NCBI RefSeq assembly: GCF_009914755.1
Contig: NC_060938.1
DNA length: 64,000 nt
Origin: the human T2T-CHM13v2.0 reference genome, Homo sapiens
Direction: 5' to 3' (one strand)
The notes beneath the pieces are model-generated. The model did not search any database, was not told the DNA's origin, and saw nothing but the letters and a program-made list of their open reading frames with translations. Shown here piece after piece: positions 29,661-47,206 of this stretch (position 1 is its first letter; every line of letters starts with the position of its first letter). A program made the position numbers and the translations under genes.

Positions 29661-30984
29661 TCCTTACATCATATACAACAATAAACTCAACATGGTTTAA
29701 ATGTAAAACCCAAGACTATAAAAACTTTGGAAGACAACCTAGGCAATACCATTCAGGACATAGGCATGGGCAAATATTTTATGATGAAGGCGCAAAAGCA
29801 ATTAGAACAAAGAGAACATTGACAAATGGGATCTAATTAAACTAAAGAGCTTTTGCACAGCAAAAGAAACTATCAACAGAGTAAACAGACAATGTATAGA
29901 ATGGGAGAAAATTTTTGCAAACTGTGCATCTGACAATAATCTAATTTCTAGCATCCATAAGGAACATAAATTTACACGAGAAAAACAAACAACCTTATTA
30001 AAAATTGGCCAAAGGACACACAGAAACACTTCTTGAAAGAAGACATACATGCAGCCAATAAGCGTATGAAACAGAAGTTCAACATCAGTGACCATTAGAG
30101 AAATGTAAATCCAAACCACAATGAGATATCATTTTATACCAGGTATAATGGTTACCATGAAAAAATCAAAAAATCACAGATGCTGACAAAGTTGTGGAGA
30201 AAAAGCAACATTTTTACCCTGTTGGTCGAGTTCAAACGTTGTGGAAGACAGTGTGGTGATTCTTCAAAGACCTAAAGAAAAGAATACCATTTGACCTAGC
30301 AATCTCATTACTGGGTATATACCCAAACAAATATAAGTCATTCTATTATAAAGATACCTGCACGCACAAGTTCATCACAGCCCTATTCACAATAGCAAAG
30401 ACATCAAATCAGCCTACATGTTCATCAATAATAGACTGGTTGAAGAAAACGTAGTTCATATACAACATGGAGTACTATGCAGCCATAAAAAAGCACAAGA
30501 TTATGTCCTTTGTAGGGACATGGATGGAGCTGGAGGCCATTATCCTTAAAAAACTAACAGAAACAGAAAACCAAATACCACATTTTCTCACTTATAAGTG
30601 GAGGGTAGATGATGAGAACACACAGAAACATGGAGGGGAGCAACACGCACCAGGGCCTATCAGGAGGTAGGGGGTGAGAGGAGGGAGAGAATCAGAAAAA
30701 ATAACTAATAGTTAGTAGACTTAATACCTGGGTGATAAAACAATCTGCACAACCAAACTTCGGGACGGTATGTTTCCATATTTAAAGAACCTGCACATCC
30801 TGCCCATATACCCCTGAACTTAAAACAAAGTTCAAAAAAGAAAAACATTTTAGCAAAATGACAGACTATTTTTGACTACCTTCGTGTACAGTTCAGAGTC
30901 AGACTGCCCAGCTCTAACATCCTTATTTATGAGAAAGAAAGCATTCTCTCTCTTATCTGCACTATTATATTGGGTTTTCTTTTT

Positions 30985-31278
<294 letters not shown>

Positions 31279-32696
31279 GGTTTTCTTCTATATGTAGGAA
31301 AATGTAATCCTAACTAAAGTGCTAGCTTTGCCATGGAATCTCTGTGTAATTCTGGATGTTATGTCACTTTCCTAAGACTTTTTTCTATCTGCATAGTGGT
31401 GGAGGCAGTAGTGGGGAAGATTTAATTATACAAAGGGTCCATCAATCCATGTGTTAAGTGAGGATGTCACTACTTTCCAGACTCAGAGGACAGGGGACAT
31501 ATTGTTATGCTCCATGGAAGCTGTTTGGGGGTGGAGGTGGGGCTCACTTGCACACATTGTCTGTGGGCCTTGAAAGATCAAGTGTGTATGACCCTTCTTG
31601 AACAGAAGGTCCATGTGCCCAGTGCAGAACCCATCTATTTCTTCCCAAGTGAGGAAGATCTGGGAACACCCTGATCACAGCCTTGCTACACCAATCCTAG
31701 TTGGTAGGGACGTTAGACCATATGCATGTTGAGCTGTGGCTTAAGCATTTTGACATCTCACATCTCATTGGATATCTGAAAAACTGAGGTCTGGAGAGAA
31801 GCAGGGACTGGCCCAGAGATGATGAAGTGGGCAGAGTCCAAGGGAAAAAAGAGCATTCTGACCTCCTAGGCCAGGGCTCAACACTCTCATGGGGTTTGTT
31901 TTGGGAATGAGTCCCTGAGATCCTGGGGATTTTTGCCAATTTTCTCGTCATATGAAGCAAACTCATGTCTGCATCATAGAATTCCACAGGTTTGTGCATA
32001 CACACACAGACTTCTCAGGCTAAAGGTCATAAGAGGAGTTAACGCTGATGGAGTGATGAGAAGAAAAAAGATAGAGGATAGGGGCAGCTTTGTCATGGGG
32101 TAGAAGCACCCCATCTTCTGGTAACATGCCCAGGACCCATAACATGGGCAGGGGAAGGCAATAGGCTGATGGCTTGAGAGGCTCAAGGCTTCCATGGATC
32201 TGACTGGGCTGCAGCCAACACCAGGATAGCTTTCCAAGGACAAAACCTTACTTTCTCCATTCATTAATCTGCATAATTAAAATGGTAAGGAATCCCCCTA
32301 CACCCAATATGGAGAGGAATACAGTAGTGAAAACCTTCAATTTTTCCCTGTACAAATTGACATAATTGAACTGTGTGACCCCTAAATTTGAAAGGCTTAA
32401 AGAAGTGAGTTGACCTTGCTGTCTATCAATTACCACTGTACTCTCAGAACTTTGGAAATTGCTCTGTGTCCTCCGAAGGTCTTTCAGAGCAGAAAGTGGC
32501 CTAGGGGTGTGCGGGACTGAGCACTCAGGCTGGTGTAGAATGTGACAGATCCTCAGACCACTGCTCTGGGATCCAAGGAGAAGACCTTCTCGGTCAGAGC
32601 TTTGGGGATCTTTTTTTTGGAGGGGGCGATCTTTTTTGAAAGTGGAGACAGAATCGTTTTCCAGGGCTCCCTCATTTGCCCTCCTGTTTCATAGTA

Positions 32697-32709
32697 TTTC
32701 TTTTTTCTG

Positions 32710-32746
<37 letters not shown>

Positions 32747-33053
32747 TTTCTTTCTTTCTTCTTTCTTTTTCTTTCTTTCTTCTTTCTTTCTTTCCTTCTT
32801 TTTCTTTCTCTTTCTTTCTTTCTCCTTCGTTTCTTTTCTTTCTTCCTTTCTTTCTTCTTTCTCTTTCTTTTGTTCTTCCTTCATTCCTTCCTTCCGTTTC
32901 TTTCTTTCTTCTTTCTTTCTTTCCTCTTCCTTCATTCCTTCCTTCCTTTTCTTTCTTTCTTTCTTTCTTTCTCTTTCTTTCTCCTTCCTTCCTCCCTCCC
33001 TTTCTTTTCTTTCTTTCCTTATTTTCTTTTTTCTTTCTTCTTTCTTTCTTTCT

Positions 33054-33089
<36 letters not shown>

Positions 33090-33090
33090 T
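32697..33090. repeat. (CTTT/CTT/CCTT)n polypyrimidine microsatellite, ~390 bp, at an Alu tail
   Basis: Directly visible low-complexity tract. Confidence 0.97.
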
Positions 33091-33091
33091 A

Positions 33092-33412
33092 TCAGAGTCT
33101 CTCTCTTCTCGCTCTTTCACGGGACTGGAGTGGAGTGGCATGATCTCGGCTCACTGCAACCTCCACCTCCCGGGTTCAAGTGATTCACTGCAACCTCCAC
33201 CTCCCAGGTTCAAGTGATTCTCCTGCCTCAGCCTCCTGAGTAGCTGGGAATATAAGGGCGTGCCACCAAGCCTGGCTAATTTTTGTATTATTAGTAGAGA
33301 CGGGGTTTCGCCATGTTGTCCAGGATGGTCTCGATCTCTTCACCTCGTGATCTGCTTGCATCAGCCTCTGAAAAAAACTGAGATTATAGGTGTGAGCCAC
33401 CACACAAAGCCT
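33092..33412 (-). mobile_element. Alu with internal 34-bp tandem duplication
   Basis: tcactgcaacctccacctcc(cg/ca)ggttcaagtgat twice: 33151-33184 and 33185-33218. Confidence 0.9.
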
Positions 33413-33659
33413 ACAGTTTATTTTTCTTTGCTTGTTAAAATGTTTTAGTCAGCTAAAATTTACACAATATAGAGTTCTACATACTATCTAATATAAAGTG
33501 TAAAATTCAGTGCTTTTCAGTTTATTTACAATGCTATGCAACTGTCACCCTTATCAAATTCCAAAATAGTTTCATCACCCTCTCACCAAAAAAACTCCAT
33601 ATCCATTAAGCAGTAATTTATCATTCATCCACCGAATTTCCTTGGTAACCACTGATTGA

Positions 33660-33988
<329 letters not shown>

Positions 33989-34169
33989 TTCTATTTCTAG
34001 TTTTCTATTCTAGTCACTTTATAGAAATATAATAATATAATATGTGACCTTTTTTCTTTGGCTTTTCTCTTTGAGCGTGTTTTCATTATTTATCCATGTT
34101 GTGGCACATATCAGTTCTGTATTTATTTTTATGGCTAGCTAATACTCCATTGTATAAATAATATTCTAT

Positions 34170-34460
34170 TGGCCAGGGACGATGGCTCACACCTATAAAC
34201 TCAGTATTTTGGGAGGCTGAGGCTGGTGGATCACCTGAGGTCAGGAGTTCTAGACCAGCCTGGCTGACATGGTGAAACACTGTGTCTACTAAAAATACAA
34301 AAATTAGCCGGGCGTGGTTCCTGAAAGCCCAATTGCTCAGGAGGCTGAGGCCAGGGAATCTCTTGAACCCAGGAGGTGGAGGTTACAGTGAGCTGAGATC
34401 GTGCCACTGCACTCCAGCATGGGTGACAGAGCAAGACTGTCTCAAAAAAAAAGAAAGAAA
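34170..34460 (+). mobile_element. Alu (AluS-like)
   Basis: ggccagggacgatggctcacacc...gcaagactgtctcaaaaaaaa. Confidence 0.93.
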
Positions 34461-34697
34461 ATGAGAGGAAATATGTGCAAACTACACAGCTGACAAGCGA
34501 TTGATAAGCAGAATACAGAATAAACAAAAAACTAAATAAAAAATTAGTTTAACTTTAAAATGGGCAATAATCTTCAGAAACATTTCTGGAAAATATAAGG
34601 GGCATAAACATAGAACCTAAAAGTTAGAGAAGAATTATGAAAAAACTGAAGGATATAGAAAAAATAATTTCAGACTATTCACATTAAAATTTAATTA

Positions 34698-37992
<3,295 letters not shown>

Positions 37993-38715
37993 CATTTATG
38001 TGGCTCAAGTTCTCTAATATAACATAGTACGGTCAAAATGGAAGGGTAAAAATTGCAAGACCACCTTAACGTTTGTCATCTTAAGTGTACTATAAAAATG
38101 CCTTTTAAATTAATTCAGTGAATAGGTTTTTAAGTGCATGTTTTAGATTATGCTGAACTGTCAAATACCAGCACATCCCTAATTTGCAGTAGATTAACAG
38201 CACTTTTTAGCACACATCACAGAGTTGTTCGGTGGCCAAATTGAAAAGGCACCTCCTCTCCATGTGGTCATTCAGAAACTCAAAGTTCTTTCATTATTTG
38301 TCTTCATCATCCATGAGTCGTGGTTGCCGTTTGTGTTCAGTCCCCTGAAAATAAAGTACTTTAAGAAATGCATGCGAGAAGACTTGATGGACTCATCTTA
38401 ATGTGACTCACATCCATCTCACTCTACAACCATTAACAATAACTGGTCACGTTTCCACATCTCATGCAAATGAGGCTAAGAAATGTAATTCTGCTGTGTC
38501 CCTAATAAATGGGAGAATAGAATTTGTTGAATGACCAGAGTTTTCCGTAACATTGTGTCACTCATATGGATTTACTGTGTTTCTCAAATATTTATTAAAC
38601 ATCTGTCATAGCCAAGCACTGTGATAAGGAGTACAGGGAGGACAGAGAGCTGACTCAGCAGAGTCCTAGTCTGAAAGAAACTCACAATCTAAGAAAATAA
38701 GAAAAGTCATGTTAG

Positions 38716-39195
38716 GTGCTGCTATAAAGGCACATGCACACGTATGTTTATTGTGGCACTACTCACAATGCAAATACTTGGAACCAACCGAAATGTCCAA
38801 CAATGATAGACTGGATCAAGCAAATGTGGCCCATATACACCATGGAATGCTATGCAGCCATAAAAAATGATGAGTTCATGTCCTTTGTGTGTACATGGAT
38901 GAAGCTGGAAAAGATAATTCTCAGCAAACTATCACAAGGACAAAAAAAAACAAACACCACATGTTCTCGCTTATAGGTGGGAATTGAACAATGAGAACAC
39001 TTGGACACAGGAAGGGTAACATTACCCACTGGGGAATGTTGTTGGGGGGGGAGGGGGGAGGGATAGCATTTGGAGATATACCTAATGTAAATGACGAGTT
39101 AATGGGTGCAGCTCACCAACATGGCACATGTATACATAAGTAACAAACCTGCACGTTGTGCACATGTACCCTAGAACTTAAAGTATAATAAATAT
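38716..39195 (+). mobile_element. L1PA 3' end (ORF2 C-terminus plus 3'UTR)
   Basis: [30 protein letters not shown]; 3'UTR ending ccctagaacttaaagtataataaa. Confidence 0.93.
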
Positions 39196-39224
39196 ATGTA
39201 TAACATACGTATATATTATATACA

Positions 39225-39427
39225 TGTTCAAGGGATTCTCCTGCCTCAGCCTCCCAAGTAGCTGGGATTACAAGCGCTGCCATTACTCCCAGCTATTTTT
39301 TGTATTTTTAGTAGAGAAGGAGTTTTGCCATGTTGACCAGGACGGTCTGGATCTCCTGACCTCATGATCCACACCCCTTGGCCTCCCAGAGTGCTGGGAT
39401 TACAGGTGTGAGCCACAGCCCCCGGCC
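39225..39427 (-). mobile_element. Truncated Alu
   Basis: gttcaagggattctcctgcctcagcc...cccggcc; the 3' part and tail are absent. Confidence 0.9.
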
Positions 39428-40850
39428 TATATGAGTTTTCAAATAGTTTTTTCTAGCTCCGTAAAAAATTTCATTGGCAGTTTGATGGAAATAGTATTAA
39501 ATCTGTAAATTTCTTTGTGAAGTATAGCCATTTTAGTGATATTGCATCTTCCTATCCGTGAGCATGGGATGGTTTTCCATTTGTTTGTATCTTCTCTGAT
39601 TTCTTTGAGCAGTGTTTTGTAAATCTCATTGTAGAGCTCTTTCACCTCCCTGGTGAGCTGCATTTCCAGATATTTTATTATTTTAGTGGCAATTGTGAAT
39701 GGGATGGCCTTTCTGATTTTGCTGTCAGTGTGGCTATCGTTGGTGTAGAAAAATGTTAGTGATCTTTGCACATTGATTTAGTATCTTGAAACTTTGCTGA
39801 AGCTGTTTGTTAACTAAAGAAGCTTTGTAGATGAAACTACAGGGTTTTCTAGATAGAGAATTATGTTATCTGCAAACAGAAATAGTTTGGCTTTCTCTCT
39901 TCCTATTTGGATGTTCTTCGGATTTCTTTCTCTAGCCTGATTGCTCTGGTCAGTACTGTCAATACTAAGTTGAATAGAAATGGCAAGAGAGGGCATTCTT
40001 GCCTTCTACTGGTTTTAAAAAATAATGTTCCCGGCTTTTGCCCATTCAACACATTGTTGGCTGTGGGTTTCTTATAGACGGCTTTTATTATTTTCTGCGT
40101 CTATTGAGATAATCATCTTTTTTTTGTTTTTAGTTCTGTTTATGTAATGTATTACATTTATTGATTTGCACATGATGGACCAACCTTGCGTCCTAAGGAG
40201 GAAGCCTACTTGATCATGACGGATTACCTGTTTGATGTGCTGCTGGATTTGCCTCCCAAATATTTTGTTGAGAACTTTTGTATTGATGTTCGTCAAGAAT
40301 GTTGGCCTGAAGTTTTCTTTCCCTTCTTTCTTTTTTTTTTTTTTTTTGACGGTGTCTCCCTCTGTTGCCCAGGCTGGAGTGGATTGCACTGGCGCGATCT
40401 CTGCTTAATGCAATCTCTGCCTCCTGAGTTCACGCCATTCTCCTGCTTCAGCCTCCCAAGTAGCTGGGACTACAGGTGTCTGCTACCAAGCCCGGCTAAT
40501 TTTTTGTGTTTTTGTTGTGTCTCTGCCTGTTTTGGTGTCAAGATCATGCTGTCCTCATAGAATGAGTTGGGGAGAAGACCCTCCTTCTCAATTTTTGGGT
40601 ATAGTTTCTGTAGGAATTGTACCAGCTCTTCTTTGTACATTTGGTAGAATTTGGCTGTAAGTCCATAAAGTCCAGAGCTTTTTTTTTTGATTGGCAAGCT
40701 ACTTATTACCTATTTAATATCAGAGTTTTTTACTGGTCTGTTCAGGAAATCATTGTCTTCCTGGCTTAATCTTGAGAGAGTGTGTATATCTAGGAATCTA
40801 TTTATTTCGTTAAAGTTTTCTAGTTTGTGTGTATAAAGTTGTTCATGTTA
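39428..40850 (-). mobile_element. Older L1 ORF2 fragment, with a right-arm Alu inserted at ~40325-40505
   Basis: Peptides [18 protein letters not shown] and [10 protein letters not shown]; the Alu sits in a host T-run. Confidence 0.9.
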
Positions 40851-41822
40851 GTGCTGTCCCCAGTTAAATAAAAACAACTATTAGAAACCACTAAAGTTTA
40901 ACACTTGTTTTTATATCTTTAATCAATTTTTATTTAATTTTTCTACTTGGAATGTGATAAAGATTCAACTTTACTGGTTTAAATGTGGACTTGTTTTCCC
41001 AGCATTTCTTGTGTAACAAACTGTCTTTACATAATGATTAAGACACACTTTTAAAAAGACAAACAATAATTTATGAAAGGGTTTTTTGGAGTATCTATTT
41101 TATTTATTTGATCTCCACAATTGTTCTTATGCCACTATCAAACTGTTATAATTTTAGTAGCTTTTTATGTTTTCAAATTTAAAATTGTGAGCCACCTAAT
41201 TTTGTCCTTCTTTTCAAGATTATTCTGTACATTCAGAGGATGTTCAAATTCCATATGAAGTTTTAAATGAGCTATTTTCTTTTTGCAGAAGAAAAGTTGG
41301 AAAAATGAAAACTTGGGATTACAGTACATCTGTACACTCCTTTGGGCAGTGGTATTGTCATCTTAACTTCATTAAATCTTCCGGTTCAGGAACATGGAAT
41401 TTGTTGCCAGTTATTTAAGTCCTTTTTAGTTTTTTTCATAAACATTCTGATCCTGTATTTTTTATTGTACAAGATATTTACCTCCTTATTAAATTTATTG
41501 CTAAGAATTATATTATTTTAATGTTGTTGCGAACAATTGTTTTCTTAATTTACTGTCAAATTGTTAATTGTATATGGAAATGCAGTTTATGTTTCTGTGT
41601 TGTAAAAATAATTATTTCATGTCTCAAATCTAGATTAGCAATTCATTCAGAATAAATATGCTGTATATATTACTAGTCATTTAACTTTTTCCAATAAGCT
41701 AACCAATTTCAATATGTCTAAATATGTAAAAATGTTAAATTGTGTTAGATTTTTCACTTACTCTCACCTGTCATTTATCTGTCAGAATTACATTACTGCG
41801 CACTAGAACTTTCATTTCTGGG

Positions 41823-42025
41823 GCCGGGCACGGAGGCTCATGCCTATATTCCTAGCACTTTGTGAGGCCAAGGCAGGCGGACCACCTGAGATCAGGAGTT
41901 CGAGACCTGTCTGGCCAATATGGTAAAACCCCGCCTCTACTAAAAATACAAAAATAAGCTGAGCGTGGTCTTGGGAGACTGTATTCCCAGCTACTTTGGA
42001 GGCTGACACTGGAGAATCACTTGAA
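41823..42025 (+). mobile_element. 3'-truncated Alu
   Basis: ggccgggcacggaggctcatgcc...gaatcacttgaac then abrupt switch to unrelated sequence. Confidence 0.9.
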
Positions 42026-43169
42026 CAATCCCACGACACAAAACAACCGAGGTTAGTCTTCATGTCGAAAGTCTTCAATGGATTGTCTTTTATCACAGGA
42101 TTGCTTAGTGCAACATTTAATGGGAAAGATGCATGCTACTGAGATGTAGTTCTCCACAAGTCTCTTAGAGTTTGTTGTTTTGTTGTGGATTACATCACAT
42201 ACCTGTCCTGTTCCACGTTATTTTTCAAAGATTTTTGTACACAAATAACCTGGAAAAAGGGTAGTAGTTTTTCTCTTCAGGTGAATGGCAGATAAATTAC
42301 TCAATCAATATAATAAAGACAATTTTTCTTTGTGACGCAAAGGTTGGACAGGCTTCCATGTAACCTACTTTAAAAAGATTGAGGTTTCTTAGTCTTGAGT
42401 CTGCTCAGCTATGACACAAATCTTCCCCATGTACAATGTCCATATGAGCCTTTTGAAATCCTTCAAAAAACGTAGTATGGACAAGGAGAACTAATACAAA
42501 TATGAGGCTTTTGCCTCCAGGTAAGCAGTAAATAGTAGGTATTTTTTTTCATACTTCAGTGTCTCATGCCTTCTACCAGCATCGATGAAAATGGAAGGTT
42601 AATATGTTGTTTACAAATGCTATAAAATCTTAGATACGTCACAATTATTTAATTTTGGAGATGACTATGGCATGCTGAGATAAACACAACTTTCTGAAAG
42701 GGGAAAAGGAACAAATACTTGAAGAGCTTGCAAGGGATATGAGAAGTTCCCCCAGGACCAACAGCAAATTCTCTCGGCCAAGTGGTTAGTTTGGTGAAGC
42801 AAGAGATCAAGACTCTGCTGTCTGCTAATGAGACTGATCCTTGAGAGGATTATAACAATGAACCTGAGAGCTTTGCATGTTCACTTTTCTCCTGCTGGAA
42901 AATCAAGGAGCTCTTAAAGCTAATGTTGAGGTTTGGATGAGTCCAAAACAGTAGAAGTTCATGTGGTTCAGCTGTGAGCAGCAAAAAGACTGCAAAAAGC
43001 CACATTAAGCAGGTTTTGTAAGTCTCTCCTTTACCCACATGAAGGAACCCATTCCCTCTGCACTTCTAATTTTTGTCCTTTGTCTACAGCTAACTTCAGC
43101 AACTTTAAATATTAAACTACATACGATTGGAGGTTTGGATGGGGGAACACAAATGTATGTAGTTCCTTT

Positions 43170-44030
43170 GGATATATGTATCTAATTCACCATTCTGTGG
43201 AGTCCCTTAGGGTGCACAGGGAGATATAGGTGTTAGGGTGGCTGGAAATGCTGACAAACCTATCATTCTATTAATCCAGTTGCTTCCAGATAATGGAAAG
43301 CATGGTAAGTCCACTGACATCCGTGAAGATGAGCACACTGCTACACTTTGGCTGTGAAGTGAGTTTCTTGGTCTGAGCAATGCTAAGTGGAATATCATAG
43401 GGATGGATGAGGGATTCTGTGAGTCCATGGAGGGTAGTTTTGGCAGAATTCCACCCAGGGAAAGCAAATTTGTATCCATAGTAAGAGCCTACTCCAGTGA
43501 GTACAAACTGTTGCCGCCTATATTATAAAAGTTATTCAACGTAATAAATTTACTACCAGGTGCCTGGTGGATCACCCTGGAAATGATGTCATATCAAAGA
43601 CTCAGTGTAGATCTGTGCTGCTGTCAAATTAAACATTCAGAATTGACTGTAGCCAGACTGGCCTTTGGGATTCAAAGTTCATATTGCTTAGCCCGTGCAT
43701 TGCTTCTATTTCTGCTACTATGTTCACCTTGTTTATAAGCCCATTGGGTGATGATGGGGGTGACAGGGAAGTAAGAATGACCCATACTCACGGAACAAGA
43801 CATTCTGTCCACATCATTATCAAAATCATGCTCTGATACGGTTACCCCTTAGTAGGGATTCATATAGAACAGACATATCTTTATGTAATTTACCCAGTGA
43901 GAGAAGTTTATCCACAAAAGTTTTTCTATTTTTTTTTTTTTGCCAGGAATTTTGTAATCATGTTCCTTCCGTGTCATTGGTCATGTAGCCAATTCATGGG
44001 CCACAGCAGTGTTGCAGGAGTGAGTATCAT
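43170..44030 (-). mobile_element. Probable ERVL internal (pol/RNase H region) remnant
   Basis: Resembles antisense HERV-L pol (ggattctgtgagtccatggagggtagttttggcagaa; AVAHELAT-like RNase H motif near 43980-44010). Confidence 0.5.
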
Positions 44031-45864
44031 AGGATCTCAAACTCCTGTTCTTAAGCAATCCTTGCCTCAACCTCTTAAGTAGCTGAGACTATAGGTGCAC
44101 CCCACAACGCCTAACTAATTTTGTTTTATTTTTAGTAGAGATTAGATTTTGCTATGTTTTCCAGGCTGTTCTCACACTCCCCACCTCAAGCGATTCTCCC
44201 AGCTTTGCCTGCAAAGTGCTTTGACTAGAGTCAAACCTCCACACCCAGCACCTATAATTTGATATTTTAAACAATACTATGTAGCGAAAGCAATTACGAA
44301 GTTATCTAGGGAAAGAAAGCTCACTATCACAGTGTAAAATTGTATAGATATGATGCGGGCATGTGTGTATACATGCTTGCTTGTGTGCATAGGTGCGTGT
44401 TTTCTGAGAAATGGTACCTTATTGCTACCAGGCTAGGATAGCATTCATGTTCTTCTGAAGATGTCAAATATTGAAGCTCCAGGATTCATAGAACAAGATT
44501 CCTAAGTGGTTCACGAGAGGGTGAACGATTGAGTAATGGGTATTTTGGAAGAAACAACTGGCCTAGGGACAAGAATAAGTGTGCAAATCATCTGTGTGAA
44601 ACACGCTTTCTTCGGAGCACGCATTTCATGCACTTCATTCTACTGTGACAGATATTGCTACTCTGAGTTTGGGAGAGATTGAACCTAGGGTCTACTGTGA
44701 AACTCTGTAGACTAGACTTCTGTCTGAGGCAGCCCCTGCCTGTAACCGTAACCTGCGCCAAACTCCAATGGAGCATTCTTCTCAATGGATAAATGGAAAT
44801 TCCGGATGATCCGATGGGCAGAGAGTGCGACTGTTTTTTTCAGGAGCTCTGGTTGAATGGTTTTGGGGACTTTCTGGGAGGATGCTCTGCACCCAGAAAA
44901 GTAGTCCAACGGGAATCATGAGAAAATGGGCGACTCCGTGTGCCTCCGTCCCCTCCTACTTCCTCACCCACCCCTCCATCAGGGATCCCACGTATTCCAG
45001 GATGACACGTGTTTTAGTTGTCTTTGGGCGACAACTAGCGGCAACCGTTATTGAAAATGTAAGCTGTAGAGAACAAAAAAACTCTGGTCGCCTGTTCACA
45101 GCTCACTCACTGCAACGTTGAATCCTGGGCTTAAGCAATCCTCCTGCCTCAGCTTCCTGAGTAGCTGGAAATATAGGCATGTGCCACAATGCTGGGCAAT
45201 ATTTTTAAGTAGTGGTAATCTCTCTCGATGTGTTGCCCAGGTTAGTCTCAAACTCCTGTCCTCTATCCAGCCTCCCACCTTGGTCTTCAGAAGTCCTGGG
45301 ATTACAGGCTTGAGCCACTGTGCTCACTCCTATAATTTGATGTTTTCAACAATACTATGTAGTGAAATGCATCACGAAGACATTTTGCAAAAGAAAGCTC
45401 ACTATCACATATAAAGTTGTATACTTGTCATGTGCTTACGTGAGCGCATGTTCTTGCCTGTCTGAATGTTTTCTGAGAACTGATCATCTTTTCCCCAGGG
45501 ACACTGGTTGAAGAGCTGCGGGGATTGTCTGGGAGGGTGTCTCGGGCCCGGAAACGTAATCCAGGAGAGATCAGAAGACCGGCGACCCCATGGGCCTCCA
45601 TCTCTTTCTCCTTCCTTGACAACCCCTAAACCAGTGACCCCACTCATTCCAGGCTGGAACGTCGTTCGGTTGTCATTTGGCGTCACCTAGCGGTCACTGT
45701 TATTGAAAATGGAGGCATCACACCAAAACTTCTGGCCGCCCGCGCACAGCCAGGGAAAACTGGTTTCTCTCGGGCCCCACCCTGACCTCAGAGGCACTCC
45801 TTCTGTCCCTCCCCCTATGCCTTGTTGCCTAGGAAACCTCCACCCTGGCTGGGAATGCTTATTT

Positions 45865-46163
<299 letters not shown>

Positions 46164-46253
46164 CTATCATTTGTTTTTCTTTCTTCCTTTTTTTTTTTTT
46201 TTTTTTTTTTTAGTAAGCATGAACAGTTCTACCTGGGTTTTAAAAATTGTGTG

Positions 46254-46821
46254 TGTGAAAGAAAAATAAATCTTGAGGCTTCCAAATCACTAAAGTAAAG
46301 GGAAAAGTCAAGCTGGCAACTGTTTAGGGCCAACCTGCCATTCTATTCAAAGTCACTCCTCTGCTCTTTTCTCTTTTTTTTTTTCTTTTTTGAGATGGAG
46401 TCTCGCTCAGATGCTCAAGCTGGAGCCCAGTGGAGCAATCTCGGCTCACTGCAACATTCGCCTCCTGGTTTCAAGCGATAAATGTATATTTGATTGCCTC
46501 CTTTGGAGAGGCTAATTAGAAACTCCAAAGAATGCAACCATTTGTCTCTTAACTACCTTTGACCAGGAAGTCCCCTCCTCACTTTCAGTCTTCCCGCGTT
46601 TGCTAATTTGTCCCGCCTTTGCAGACCGAACCAATGTTCATCTTCATACTTTGATTGATGTCTCATGTCTCCCTAGAATGTATAAAACGATAATGTTCTC
46701 TGTTTACCTTAGGCACATGTCCTCAGAACCTCCTGAGGCTGTCACGGGTATGCGTCCTGAACCTTGGTTACGTAAACTTTCTAAATTAACTGAGACCTCT
46801 CTCAAGTTTTCAGGGTTCACA
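46254..46821 (+). mobile_element. MER4-family solo LTR (MER4A1-like), interrupted by an Alu piece at ~46370-46479
   Basis: TG...CA termini; starts tgtgaaagaaaaataaatcttg...aaagggaaaagtcaagctgg, ends cagggttcaca. Confidence 0.8.
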
Positions 46822-47206
46822 ACGGAAAGTGCATTGTAGCTCCACCCTAGGGCTTACCATTAAGAAAAACTATCCTAAATCTCTGCAGATACAGTCAAAC
46901 CGGTTGTATGTAAACTGTATGAAACTAAATGCACTTATTACAAGTAAATGAATAAATGCTGAGAAAAAAAATCATGAACCGCTCACCTTTCAAAGAAGCA
47001 ATAATACTATGAATTATGTGTAATTTCCAGAGTCAGCTAGTTTCAAAATTGTCCCCACTAAACTTGGAAAGGTTCCAGAGTGAGCTATTGTGTCTCCAGC
47101 CTTTGCTCCTCCCCCTTCTTTCCCCTGCGCCCTCCCCTCAACCTTTGCCGGCAATCACATTCTCTGATTCTGCAAAAGCAGGTGGGAGCCCTAGAGAGAG
47201 TTCTCG

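Larger units (their letters stand above)
22905..30845 (+). mobile_element. Near full-length old primate L1 (L1PA13-16/L1PB age), inactive, with two nested L1 insertions
   Basis: Long repetitive 5'UTR about 22905-24500, ORF1 remnants (24997-25347), EN remnant DFNIPLTVL...DHSTIKL (26033-26329), RT region 28100-28700, C-terminus (30467-30670), 3'UTR and A tail near 30840. Confidence 0.9.

Noticed and set aside
32636-33217. 193-aa and 155-aa hydrophobic ORFs
   Set aside because: Microsatellite translation.
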